A program made the translations under genes and the position numbers. A stretch of 64,000 bases of DNA, from the NCBI GenBank assembly GCA_963676915.2, contig CAXXVK010000043.1:192001-256000 (forward strand), read 5' to 3'. The notes below the pieces were generated by a model. It was not told the DNA's origin. It saw only the letters and a list, made by a program, of their open reading frames with translations, and did not search any database. This DNA is from Myxococcota bacterium. GTDB lineage: Bacteria > Myxococcota_A > SURF-8 > G963663525. Of the stretch, positions 30,707 to 41,953 are shown piece after piece; position 1 is the stretch's first letter, and every line of letters begins with the position of its first letter.

Positions 30707-32640
30707 CTTTTGCCGAATACGGAACGACCAATCCCCTTGAAAATCATGGTAAAGGCCACAGGAATCAGCAGGTAAGCCATGATGGGGGACATCCATTGAA
30801 TCCATAAGTAGCCTATTCCCAAAGCCACGATGGCAATGGTGAGAGAATAGGGAAACTGGGTTCGTACGTGGTCGATGTGGTCGCAGTTGGCGGCGATCGA
30901 GGCCATGATGGTCGTATCCGACAGCGGCGAGCAGTGGTCACCGAAAATCGAGCCGTCCAGCACCGTGCCCACTGTGACCAATAGAAGCGGTAATCCACCG
31001 ATATGATGGGCCAGCGGAATCACGGCGGGCAACAACACGGCCATGGTTCCCCAACTGGAACCTGTGGCGAAGGAGATCCCTCCGGCAATCAGAAACACTA
31101 CGACCGGCAACGCCCAGGCTGGGGTATCGCCCGCCAAAGATGAAACAATAAAGGAACTCGTACCCAAAAGTCCGTTGACGTGCCCCAGCGCCCAGGCGAG
31201 AATCAGAACTCCAAACGCGAGAAGCAAGGTTTTCCCTGCCGAAAACCAGGCTTTGATCAGCCATGCCAGCGGAGCACGTCCTAAAACGATACCCAGCAGC
31301 AGTGCCAGAAGGCTACCCAGAATGGCCGCATATGCCAGAACCATGGCGCCGTTTTCGCCTAAGGTCAGGTAGTTTCCTTCCAGTATGAAAATACGTTGAA
31401 TTTCAAAGCTTTGTGCCACTTCTTGCCAGGGCTTTTCTCCAAAGAAGCCCGCGCCATCGAGCACCATGCCTCCAAGCACGCACATGATGACCGTTACCAC
31501 CGGCAGAATAGCTCCCAACGCTTTGGGCTTTCCTTTCGGTTCCGGCGAAGTCGCCCCGGCGAGAGGCTGAGAGTCGGGACGCAAGACTTCCCCTGTTTTC
31601 AAGGCGCGTTCGCAGGCTTTGCGCATCGGACCGTACTCGCGACCTGTGTAAATGTTCACAGCGATGAAAAAAAGCGTCGAAATGCAATAAAACCGAAACG
31701 GAAGGGCGGCCAAAAACACCGAAAACGGTGAGTTGGCCAAGCCGATTTCATCCAGGCCGGAACCGATCAAGCCGATTTCGTAGCCGATCCAGGTGGAAAC
31801 GACGGCCAGTCCTGCAATGGGGGCGGCGGTGGAGTCGATCAGGAAGGCCAGTTTTTCACGCGCTACCCGTGCTCTGTCGCTCAAAGGACGCATGGACGCA
31901 CCGACGACCACCGCGTTGGAGTAATCGTCGAAAAACACGGCCAGTCCCATCAGAGCCGTGGCGGCCTGGGTAGAACGAGCGTTGCGTGCAATTCGTACAA
32001 GTAGCCGCGCGACGCCCTCGATGCCACCTCCGGCGCTCATCACGTTGACCATGCCGATCAGTGAAAACGTGAACAAAAAGATCCAAAAATGGAACTCGTC
32101 GGTCATGACGGAATAAAGGATTTCTCCTGTGCCTACGGTTGCGCCGGTCAGAGGTCCGAAGGTTGAGCCGTCCACGCCGTTCAATAACGCCCCGATGCAC
32201 AAACCACCAAATAAGGAAAGCAACAGGCGACGGGTGGCGATAGCCAGCGCGACGGCCAGTAGTGCAGGAATCAAAGCGCTCCAATGGGCTTGTGTAATTG
32301 TTGCGCCGATCCGTTCGTCATCTTGAGAGTCTGGGATTTTCAGCGGGATTTTTTCCAAACTCAGGCGATTTCCCACTTGTTTCAGAGAGAGCATCACGTG
32401 CCCTTCAACCGTGCGCGACGTGTTGCACTGACGCTCGATTTCTTTGGACAGCGGGGCGAGATCCGTGGGGGAGTCGATGACCAGCCGGGGACCGTCTTCG
32501 CCACACAAGGGCAGGGAATCCACCAGGCGGCGGGCCTCGTGCTCGTTCAATCGTGCGGAATTTACCGGAATCTGCGATAGCAGTAGAAAGAAAGCGAACA
32601 AAACCGCACAAACCAGTCCGACGCGACGGAAAAGACTCAT
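30694..32640 (-). CDS. Na+/H+ antiporter NhaC family transporter
   Basis: FFDDYSN, REKLAFLIDSTAAP, FATGSSWGT, FGDHCSPLSDTTI and DHVRTQ. Confidence 0.92.
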   Translation of the reverse strand: MSLFRRVGLVCAVLFAFFLLLSQIPVNSARLNEHEARRLVDSLPLCGEDGPRLVIDSPTDLAPLSKEIERQCNTSRTVEGHVMLSLKQVGNRLSLEKIPLKIPDSQDDERIGATITQAHWSALIPALLAVALAIATRRLLLSLFGGLCIGALLNGVDGSTFGPLTGATVGTGEILYSVMTDEFHFWIFLFTFSLIGMVNVMSAGGGIEGVARLLVRIARNARSTQAATALMGLAVFFDDYSNAVVVGASMRPLSDRARVAREKLAFLIDSTAAPIAGLAVVSTWIGYEIGLIGSGLDEIGLANSPFSVFLAALPFRFYCISTLFFIAVNIYTGREYGPMRKACERALKTGEVLRPDSQPLAGATSPEPKGKPKALGAILPVVTVIMCVLGGMVLDGAGFFGEKPWQEVAQSFEIQRIFILEGNYLTLGENGAMVLAYAAILGSLLALLLGIVLGRAPLAWLIKAWFSAGKTLLLAFGVLILAWALGHVNGLLGTSSFIVSSLAGDTPAWALPVVVFLIAGGISFATGSSWGTMAVLLPAVIPLAHHIGGLPLLLVTVGTVLDGSIFGDHCSPLSDTTIMASIAANCDHIDHVRTQFPYSLTIAIVALGIGYLWIQWMSPIMAYLLIPVAFTMIFKGIGRSVFGKRQVG

Positions 32641-32761
32641 TGGGTTCCCTTTAGGCAGGTTCAAATAGAATTATTATAGATCGTTTTTTGACGTTCAATG
32701 AACGAATTTTTAAAAGGAGATGTCGAGGTTCTCCCATTCTTTCAAATATTTGTACGCAAAA

Positions 32762-34340
32762 TCATTGAATCAAATTGGCGAAAAATCGTTCATTTTCATG
32801 GAATGCACGGCGGCTGTCGAGACCGGTTTGACCATCGAGCGGGTAGGTAATATGGAGATGCTTTCCTGAGATCGCAGACGGTTCCCCGTTTTGTATGGGA
32901 CCGAGGGCAATCTCGAAATAAGAGGTTTCATTGGCCCAGGTTAAAAGAACCAACTGATGGTTTTTGCGTGTCAGTCGTATCAAAGTATGATTGCTAGGCA
33001 ACCTGTTGGCTTGAAGGATAAACGGTCTGAATGTATGAAGAATGCGGGCCAAAAGGACCGGGAACCGGATATCGCCTTCTTCTTCCGCTTGTTGTTTGGC
33101 TTGTTTGATTGAAGCTAGAAGTCCGTTTCTTCCAAGATTTCTATCTTTGGGTTCCGGCCGTGACGAAGGAGGGGAGATGCTGCGATTTTCTTGCTGAGGT
33201 TCTTCTTCCTCTGGGACGTAATCCTTTTTTCTATCCATAGCGTAGCTGACGACGCGGTCGGTCGGTTTGGGAATCTTATCGAAGTGGTCGCCGATGATGT
33301 CGGAAACGGCACTTTTTTCGTGATTTTGCAAGGCGTCGGGTGGGTCGGTAACGAGGGGTGTCATGTGCCGGGAACACCAATCGCAGCCGGGACAGTTCCA
33401 GTCGCATCGCTCCAGTTTGTCGATACTGTTTGCCGATTCCCTGTATCGATATCGCGGGTGGATGTCGGACTCCATCCGTACGTAATCTGCGAGAGTTCGC
33501 AGGTTTTCTTCGGTGCTGGCCATTCGGTCGCAAAGTTTTACGAGATCGACTGCTCCTGCGTATTGGGGCAAGTGAAACGGCAGAACTTCTTTTTTCAGCA
33601 TGTGCCAGAGTTCCAGGCGTTCTTTGATGAAACGGCAGAACGAATCGGTACAGAAAAAGCGTGGGTCCCAGTTCTTCGGCCGATGAAGCCGCCGCAGCGA
33701 TCCAGTGGTTGATTTCCGCAGGACAAGAGGGCATACAGCCATCGGAAACCACGAGTTTTACTTTGAAACCGGCTTTGGAAATTTGCCGAAGAATATGAGG
33801 CTTTTTGTTGATGTTGCGATCCACGGTGACGGTATTGGAGCCTATGTGTCGGCTCCAATACATGGCTTTGAAAGAACTGTCGATTTTCGCAATAACCGAC
33901 ATGTCGATAGGTAGGTTTGCATAGCGATTTCTCAGACGGTGCGCCCAAACGAAATCGGACACTGAAATTCGGATATCCGCGACATCCAACAGGCGGTCGA
34001 GGTGGTCGAACAAAAGATTCTCGTCCACGCGCCAGGGTAGAGGCTGAAGGTTCAGAACGACATTCAGGGCTACATTGTCCGAGGTCAGTTGCTGGCCGAG
34101 AGAAAGTAGTTGTTGCAAGTGTTCTTCAGGGGTTAGAGGGTCCACCAGCACCCGTGCCGAAGGGAAAACGTCATGATGCAGTGAGGCGTAGACTTCTTCG
34201 ATCAAAGCGCGATAAGGTCGTACTTTTTCCCACATTTCCGGGTCCATGTTCCCCGGAAAGCTGACACGGAACCCGAGATCCAGAAAACGTCGAATGGTTT
34301 CGGGGGTAAGGTTGATGCTCTCTGCATGAAGAGTCGGCAT
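32762..34340 (-). CDS. Peptidase U32-like Fe-S protein with a C-terminal extension; frameshift near 33655
   Basis: SVIAKI, VDRNINK, DGCMPSCP...H, VKLCDR and CDWNCPGCDWC are spread across ORFs 33276-34340 and 32762-33742. Confidence 0.7.
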
Positions 34341-34658
34341 GAGAGTTCCTCAAAGAACGACGCGATCCGGGGAAATACCGATTTCGAAAAATCGAGTTGA
34401 ATGTGGAAAGGGTTCGAAATTCAGGAAAATCTCATCCGAAAAATGACCTTTCCCGTTCACAACGATGACATCGTGTTGCATGTTTCCACAGGCAGCACCA
34501 AACCACAGTGACCTTCCCCTGAGGCGTGGTTGTTTTCTATAGGATGCATGAATAAAATGTATGAATTGTATTATATTGCGATAAGCAAAAAAAACAAGTG
34601 AAAAGTTATTACCTTTTTACGAAAATCCAATGTTACATGATGGAATAAAGTAAAGAGA

Positions 34659-34856
34659 TCAACTGCTTATACTATTATTTTTGTTTTTTGTTAGGATCTT
34701 CTTCGCTAATTTCGGGAGACGTTTCAGGAGGATAACAGCCCCATTATCATCTATCTGAACAAACCTTGCTGCATCCGCTTGACAGATGGGGCAAGGAACG
34801 TCTGGGGTGTCGCCTTCGTTGGTGTATCCGCAGATTGTGCACAGCCAGTAAGCCAC
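34659..34856 (-). CDS. Rubredoxin-like small protein
   Basis: WLCTICGY...PCPICQA..RF. Confidence 0.75.
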   Translation of the reverse strand: MAYWLCTICGYTNEGDTPDVPCPICQADAARFVQIDDNGAVILLKRLPKLAKKILTKNKNNSISS

Positions 34857-35017
34857 GGGATTTTCTTTCGAATGGTATGAACCTCTCCCTATGTAACCCG
34901 ATAAGCGATGAGTCGTCAAGGTTTTATCCCGACGTTTCATAGGCTCAACCGGTTGTCAATTGCATAGAACGATGATATCGTTTTGTATCTTTGGTGGTTG
35001 AAGGGCAGGGGGAAAAC

Positions 35018-35511
35018 ATGGCCGAATCCCAGGGAACCTTGAATCTTGTAGATATCCTCGATATTGCCGTCCAGATGGAGAAAAAAGCCGTAATATTTTA
35101 CCGTGAAGCCAGCGAACGTTTCGAAGATATTTCGAAAAAAAGTAGCTTGCTTGCCATGAGTAAAATGGAAGAAGAACATGTTCGTCTTTTTTGCGATTTG
35201 AGAGAAAGTGCAGCGAATTTGACAGGAAACGAAATCGAAGATGACGAAGAGTTCGTTGAAATCGATTATGCATTCTGGTTCGATAAAAGCCTTTTCGAAA
35301 TGAACGACGATCTGTCGAAGATTCTGGACTCGTTGAAAACGTTTAAAGATATTGTACTTTTCGCCATCGAAATGGAAAACCGTTCCATCCTGTTTTACTC
35401 GGGTTTGCGAAAGTTTGTGGGAGTAGTGCCGCATGGAATGTCATCAACCAGATCGTCAAAGAAGAATACCGCCACGGTCGCGATCTTGTTGGGATGTTGC
35501 CGAAAGAATAA
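35018..35511 (+). CDS. Rubrerythrin/ferritin-like diiron protein; frameshift near 35420
   Basis: AVQME..FY, MEEEH and AIEME..FY. A second EEYRH motif lies in the shifted frame ending at TAA 35511. Confidence 0.75.
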
Positions 35512-35541
35512 AAGACGTTTCACTTGCCTGAAAGGATAATC

Positions 35542-36803
35542 ATGTCGGTTCTATATGATGCCTCACGGCCCAAAGCCTGGGTGCTTGCCATCGGTGAAGA
35601 GATTCTGCGTGGTGAATTGGTGGATACCAACACGGCGTTTTTGTCTGAACGATTGGAAAAGCTCGGGTTTTCGGTACGGCGTCAACTGACGATAGGGGAT
35701 GATCGGTGCGAGCTGATGGAAATTCTTCGGGAAGCCGCTCGCATGGCTCGGGTTGTTGTTTGTACGGGCGGATTGGGACCGACCGGCGACGACATAACCG
35801 CTGCCAGTGCCGCCGAAGCTTTTGGGAGAACAACGAAGCTCGACGAACAAGCCCGCCGCATGGTGGAAGAACGGATCGCCGTGTACGGTCTCAAGCCGGA
35901 TGCCGCCAATCTGAAACAGGCGGAAATTCCCGAGGGTGCGCGAATCGTACCCAATCCTCTGGGAACTGCTCCGGGAATCGAAATGGACGAGAATGGGTGC
36001 ACATTGTTTTTCCTACCGGGCGTTCCTCGGGAAATGAAACCCATGTTCCAGGAAACGGTTGAAACGAAACTGAAAGAGATTTCAGGGGGGGCGGAGGCTG
36101 GGACATCGGTGAAACTGTCGTTTTTCGCATCGGGGAATCTCGCGTTGCCAAAGCGGTTGCCGATTTGGAGCAGGCAAACCCGGATATCGCATTTCGATAC
36201 CGTTTTACATTTCCGGTAAATCATCTGACGTTGCAGGCTACCGAAGGACGGGCCGACGCAAAATTGACCGAGATTGTTGAAACAATTGCGGAACGACTCG
36301 AAAAATACCTGTTTAGTCGGAATGGAAAAAGCCACCCAGAGGTGGTGTTCGAGTTGCTTCGGCAGCACGGGAATACTCTCGCTACGGCGGAATCCTGTAC
36401 GGGGGGCTGGATTGCCAAGCTGATCACGGATCTTCCGGGGTCTAGTGATGTATTTCACGAAGGTGTGGTGACGTATTCCAACGAAGCTAAAATGCGCCTG
36501 TTAGGGGTTCCCGAGGCGATGATTGCAGAGCACGGGGCCGTCTCCGAGCCTGTGGTTCGTGCGATGGCCGAAGGAATGAAGAGTCGAGTGGGAACGGATT
36601 TTGCCGTGGCGGTCAGCGGTGTGGCAGGTCCGGGAGGTGGGTCCGAAGAAAAGCCGGTCGGGACCGTCTGGTTGGGGATGGCGCATCCCGAAGGCGTTGT
36701 AAGCACGTGCAGGCGCTTTCCCGGTTCGAGAGAAGCGGTGCGGTTGTTGTCGGCCCATGCCGCCTTGGAGTTGGTTCGTCGCCATTTGAAAGGTTTTTTG
36801 TAA
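35542..36803 (+). CDS. cinA: CinA (MoCF domain + NMN deamidase PncC); frameshift near 36120
   Basis: IGEEILRG..DTN, TGGLGPT.DD.T, LPGVPREM, TAESCTGG and GVAGPGGGSEEKPVGTV. Confidence 0.92.
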
Positions 36804-36874
36804 CACGTGAGGATTTATAAAACTAAGGAATGTGGCGAAAGTCAGGGCGGTTTTTCAAAACAAGCGAAAATTTC

Positions 36875-36903
36875 TTGACAGCGGAAACGGCTTGGAGTAC
36901 AAA
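36875..36903 (+). promoter_or_regulatory. sigma70 promoter for the tRNA pair
   Basis: TTGACA-17 nt-TACAAA about 25 nt upstream of tRNA-Gly. Confidence 0.55.
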
Positions 36904-36928
36904 CCGGACCGTCTCGTTCTTTGAATAC

Positions 36929-37002
36929 GCGGGAATAACTCAGTGGTAGAGTGCGACCTTGCCAAGGTCGAAGTCGCGGGTTCAAATCCGTTTCCCGCTC
37001 CA
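36929..37002 (+). tRNA. tRNA-Gly(GCC)
   Basis: GCGGGAA...CGACCTTGCCAAGGTCG...GGTTCAAATCC...TTCCCGCTCCA. The T-stem lacks one C, probably a sequencing error. Confidence 0.93.
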
Positions 37003-37059
37003 TACGAACGCAAGTGGCGGACTCTTGAGTCCGCCCTTTCCTTGTGGTTCTCCCAAGGG

Positions 37060-37133
37060 GGCGCCGTGGCCAAGTGGTAAGGCAGAGGTCTGCAAAATCT
37101 CCATCACCGGTTCGAATCCGGTCGGCGCCTCCA
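37060..37133 (+). tRNA. tRNA-Cys(GCA)
   Basis: GGCGCCG...GAGGTCTGCAAAATCTC...GGTTCGAATCC...CGGCGCCTCCA. Confidence 0.95.
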
Positions 37134-37967
37134 ATTTTTCCTTTACATTCCGAAAGTGGACACGTTAGGACAATCATCGTCCCATACGAGGTCGTCCCTT
37201 CGCTTGTTGGCTAGGAGAGAAGAAAAACACGCAAAATCCAAAATGGGGGAAATGCTTCCGGGTTGATCTGTACGTGAGGATAAACCCAGAAGGGGTGTGT
37301 CGTTTTTTGACGGGAAACGGATCGAAAAATGACGGTAGGAAGAACTTTTTTCTTTTTTTCCTGTTTTCTGAAGCTGTGCAACAAATCCGGTGAGCTTTCG
37401 GTTTCTGTTGTAACGGCCTTTCATGTTTGTGCATTTTCTCAAGGAAGCCTGCTTTTTAGAAATATTGAATAGAATTATTCTAAGCGTTTGAAATAATAAA
37501 GAATCTTCCAAAGTTTGGAGCATCTAATACAAAAAGGGTCATATGCCTAAGTTTTGTATTGTTTCTAAATGTGTAAAAATGTGTGTTACGAAATTGAAAA
37601 CAGTATGCTAGGCGACTTTTTGGACCGAAAAAAGTTAGGTGTCTATAATAAATCACGCCTCTGTCCCAGCCGGGAACCTGTGCAAAACTCTTGTTTAACC
37701 TAGGACTTTATGGTACTCCTTTCAGTCGGTGGCATCGTGGTGGCTGCCTGCAAAGATAGAGTGCTGAAACCCCGTTGATACGACAGTTTTCGACGGGCGA
37801 CCCAAAGGTTCCTGCTAACTGCGGGTTTACATAGTCAAGGTTATATGGCGTCGTTAGGTGATTCATAACTGGATCTTTACCGGAGAAAGCGTCGTAGTGC
37901 GTCAAAAGACGGCGTGCGTTCCGGCGAGGATCGAAATTTCCGATGGGTAAGCAAAGGAGATCCCGAA

Positions 37968-38186
37968 ATGATTGAAACCAAGGAAAAGAAAAAAGACTGG
38001 AAAGGCGATGAAGTGGAGGTTCTTGGTGCGACCTATGAAGAGGGTGTCGCCAAAGATGCCGACCGCTGGCGCGGAAAAATGCGGAACCGCGAAGAGATGA
38101 TGAGTTATATCAAAAGCAGCTTCCGCTATTGGTATGCCAAGGACGAGGAAGTTTTCGGCAGCGAGAAACGCAAAACTCCTGCGTAA
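37968..38186 (+). CDS. Small hypothetical protein leading the acs operon
   Basis: RBS AAGGAG, 72 aa ending RYWYAKDEEVFGSEKRKTPA. Confidence 0.7.
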   Translation: MIETKEKKKDWKGDEVEVLGATYEEGVAKDADRWRGKMRNREEMMSYIKSSFRYWYAKDEEVFGSEKRKTPA

Positions 38187-38251
38187 GAACCCGTACTTGT
38201 CAAGAGTAAGAAACCGAAACTAATTCCAAACTTTACCTGTGGAGTGAATAT

Positions 38252-39762
38252 ATGGCTGTTGAAATTCCCAAATCTTCCTATTCGGGATCGATACGGGAAA
38301 TCGCTGTGAAAGGCGATAAAGGGTTTACCGTTGGTGGCGAAACCACTATGCCCTTTTACTCTTTCGAAGGCGAGATGCCCCATAAGACCCGAATTGCAAT
38401 CGAAATCAACGATATCGTCCCCGAGGAATGGGCACCCGAACTGAACAACGTTTGGGGTGATGTCTACAAAGATCCGGTAGCCTGGGCCAAAAAAGCGCAG
38501 GACGAATTCCACGCGGATATGATTCACCTCGAATTGGTCGGTACCGATCCCAACGGCAAAAACCTTGGACCGGAGCACGCAGCGGAAGTCGCCAAAAAAG
38601 TGGCGGATGCCATCGACGTGCCGTTGACGGTCTGGGGATCGTCCAACCAACCCAATGACATCAAGATTCTTCGCGCCGTGGCGGAAGCGATCACGGATCG
38701 TCAAGTTCTCATCGGACCGATCCAGGACGAGAATTACAAGCAGATCGGCGCAGGCGTCATGGCGTACAACCATATTGCCGTGGCCAACTCTCCCATTGAC
38801 ATCAACCTGGCCAAACAGCTTAATATTTTGCTGAGCCAATTGGGTGTCAAGGATGATCAGATCATTATCGATCCGACCATCGGTGGCTTGGGATACGGCC
38901 TGGAATATGCCTATTCGGTCATGGAACGCGCACGTCTGGCCGCTCTGGTCCAACAGGACGATAAACTCCAGTACCCGATTTATGCCAACCTGGGTCGGGA
39001 AGCCTGGAAGTCCAAAGAAGTCAAGCAGACCATCGAAGAAGCTCCCGAACTGGGCGATCCCGTTACTCGGGGTATCCTCGTCGAAGCCGTAACCGCCGTG
39101 GCCTGCCTGGTTTCCGGTGCGAACGTGCTGGTTCTGCGCCATCCCAAAACCATCGAACTGATTCGGCAATTCACCGACGAACTGACGTCGGACGAAGCGC
39201 CGGTGTATGTAAAGCTTCCCGAAGCCTCTGGTGCTGTGGAAGTGAAGTTGGATGCCAAGGCTGCGCCGAAGCCCGCAAAGAAAGCCGCGCCGAAACCGGC
39301 CGCCAAACCGGCAGCAGACGACGACAAGAAGAAGAAAGAAGCCGAGGCGAAAGCCAAAGCGGATGCCGAAGCCAAGAAGAAGGCCGAGGCGGAAGCGAAG
39401 GCAAAGGCAGAAGCCGAAGCAAAAGCCAAGGCGGAAGAAGATAAGAAAAAGCCGAAGAAGCGGCCAAAGTAAAGGCCATGGAAGAAGCCAAGGCCAAAGA
39501 AGAAGCCAAACCCGCACCGACGGCGGCTCCTGTGGTGGAAGCCAAGGAAGAAACCGTCACGCTTTCTGCGGATGCGGCCAGTGTAGACGTTGCGAAGTCC
39601 ATCAGTCTTCCCGGATCGGCCAGTGGTCCCGTGACAATCGTCATCACCGTTGGTGAGGAAGAAGAAGACGATGCGGATATTGCCGCACTTCGCGCCATTG
39701 TAGAACAGCAACAGGCTGCTATTAAAGCTCTCAAGGAGCAACTGAAAAGGAGAATGTCGTGA
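38252..39762 (+). CDS. acsD: Corrinoid Fe-S protein small subunit (AcsD/CdhD) with a long Ala/Lys/Glu linker and C-terminal coiled coil; frameshift near 39450
   Basis: TVGGET.MPF..FEG, SPIDINLAKQLN, GLGYGLEY.YSVMER and LVLRHP. Adding one A in the A-run at ~39446-39450 joins ORF 39478-39762. Confidence 0.93.
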
Positions 39763-41901
39763 AAATTGAAATCAAAGTCGGAGAAGAGAAAAAGGGATCA
39801 GGGATTGCCTCGAATCTGAAAGCTCTGATCGAGCAACAGAAGGCTGAATTGGCCGAGTTGCGCAATCTCATCGAAGGTGCTCCCGCTGCTCCCGCCGCCG
39901 CTGCAGCTCCTGCTGCTGCCAAGCCCGCTGCGGCGAAAGTCGTGGCCGCCAAGCCCAAACCGAAAAAGCCGGCTGGTCCGAAAAGCGTAGATTCCACCGC
40001 GTTGGAGACGTTGGATATCGCAAAAGACCTCAATGTCATGACCGCTTGGGATCGTCTCGAAAAACAAACTCCTCAATGCTCCTTCGGTTCGGGCGGCATC
40101 TGCTGCCGTATCTGCTCGATGGGTCCATGCCGGATCAAGAAGACCAAAGAAGGCGAACCCGAAAGCCGAGGCGTTTGCGGTGCGACCGCCGACGTTATCG
40201 CCGCTCGTAACTTCGTTCGTATGATCGCTGCCGGTGCATCGGCTCACTCCGACCACGGACGCGCCGTGGCCGAAACTCTGGTGTTGACCGCCAAGGGTGA
40301 AGCTCCCGGTTACGAAATCAAGGACGAGCAGAAACTTCTGATGATCGCTCTGGACTTCGGTATCGAAATCGAAGGTCGCACGATCAATGAAATCGCTCTG
40401 GATGTCGGCGAAACAGCCCTGGCCGAGTTCGGCAAGCAGAGTGGCGAATTGCTGTTCCTCAAGCGTGCCCCGCTGAAACGTCAGCAAATCTGGCGTGAAA
40501 ACAACATGGCTCCGCGTGGTGTGGACCGTGAGATCGTCGAAATCATGCACCGTACCCACATGGGTGTGGACCAGGAAATGCACAGCCTGATGGAGCAAGG
40601 CTCCCGCGCCGCCATCGGCGACGGCTGGGGCGGATCGATGATCGGCACCGAGCTGCAGGACATCCTGTTCGGTACCCCCCGTTCCGATCATGGGCGAAGC
40701 CAACCTCGGTATCCTAAAAGAGGATCAGGTCAATATCATTATTCATGGTCACGAACCTATTCTTTCCGAGCAGATCGTTGCCGCAGCGCAAGATCCCGAA
40801 TTGCTCGAATATGCGAAATCCAAAGGTGCCAATGGCATCAACCTGGGTGGTATCTGCTGCACCGCCAACGAAATTCTGATGCGCCACGGCGTGAACGTAG
40901 CCGGTGACTTCCTGCAACAGGAACTGGCCATCGTGACGGGTGCTGTGGAAGCCATGGTCGTGGATGTACAGTGCATTATGTGCTCGCTACCCAACGTGGC
41001 GGAGAAATTCCACACCAAGATCATCACCACCAGCCCGCGTGCCAAGATGAACGATGCCGAGCACATCGAATTCCACGAGCACGATGCGGTCAACACGGCG
41101 AAGAAGGTCGTCAAAATGGCGATCGACAACTTCCCGAATCGTGGCGAAAACATCAAGATTCCGAAGAAAACCCAGAAACTGGTCGCCGGATTCTCCCACG
41201 AAACCGTCAGCTACCTTCTCGGTGGTGTCTTCCGCTCCTCCTATCGTCCGTTGAACGACAACATCATCAACGGAAAGATTCGCGGTATTGGCGGCGTCGT
41301 CGGTTGCAACAACCCGAAAGCCACCCATGACCGGTATCACATCGATATGGTCAAAGAACTGATCAAGAACGACGTTATCGTTCTTATGACCGGTTGCGGT
41401 GCGTTGGCTCTGGCCAAAGAAGGTCTGTTGGTGCCTGAAGCGGCGAAGGAATTCGCAGGTCCGGGGCTGGCGGAAGTTTGCGAGACCGTCGGTATCCCGC
41501 CGGTGCTCCATATGGGTTCTTGTGTAGACAACTCCCGCATCCTTATGGCGGCCACGGCTGTCGTCAAGGAAGGTGGACTGGGCGACGACATCAGCGACCT
41601 TCCGGCTGCCGGTGCCGCTCCCGAGTGGATGAGCGAAAAAGCCATTTCGATCGGCCAGTACTTCGTGGCATCCGGTGTGTACACCATTTTCACCACGGCA
41701 TTCCCGACCCTGGGTTCCCAGAAATTCACCGACTTCCTGTTCAAAGATTACGAGAACATCGTCGGCGGTATGTGGGACTACGAGGAAGATCCGGTGGAAG
41801 CAGCCCGCAAGATGATCGCCCACATCGACAAGAAGCGCAAAGCGTTGGGTATCGATAAAGCCCGCGAGCGTGTCCTGGTCGGTATGGAAGACCGCATCTA
41901 A
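39759..41901 (+). CDS. cooS: Anaerobic Ni,Fe CO dehydrogenase catalytic subunit (CooS/AcsA); frameshift at C-run ~40675-40680
   Basis: CCRICSMGPC, HSDHGR, HGHEP, GICCTANE, DVQC, GCNN, HMGSCVDNSR and EWMSEKA. Confidence 0.95.
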
Positions 41902-41953
41902 ACAGGCTATCGTGTATACGAGTAATTCTCTTGACTCATAAAGGAGTATTTCG

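Noticed and set aside
39260-39520. AEAKAK repeats as a TolA-like separate gene
   Set aside because: They are in frame with AcsD and form a low-complexity linker.
1850-40700. About 12 split genes (rseP, tsaB, cinA, acsD, cooS, U32, peptidase MA and others) as pseudogenes or programmed frameshifts
   Set aside because: The breaks look like single-base indels, several in homopolymers, and hit normally essential genes and even a tRNA stem. Long-read error is the simplest explanation, though the reads were not available to confirm it.
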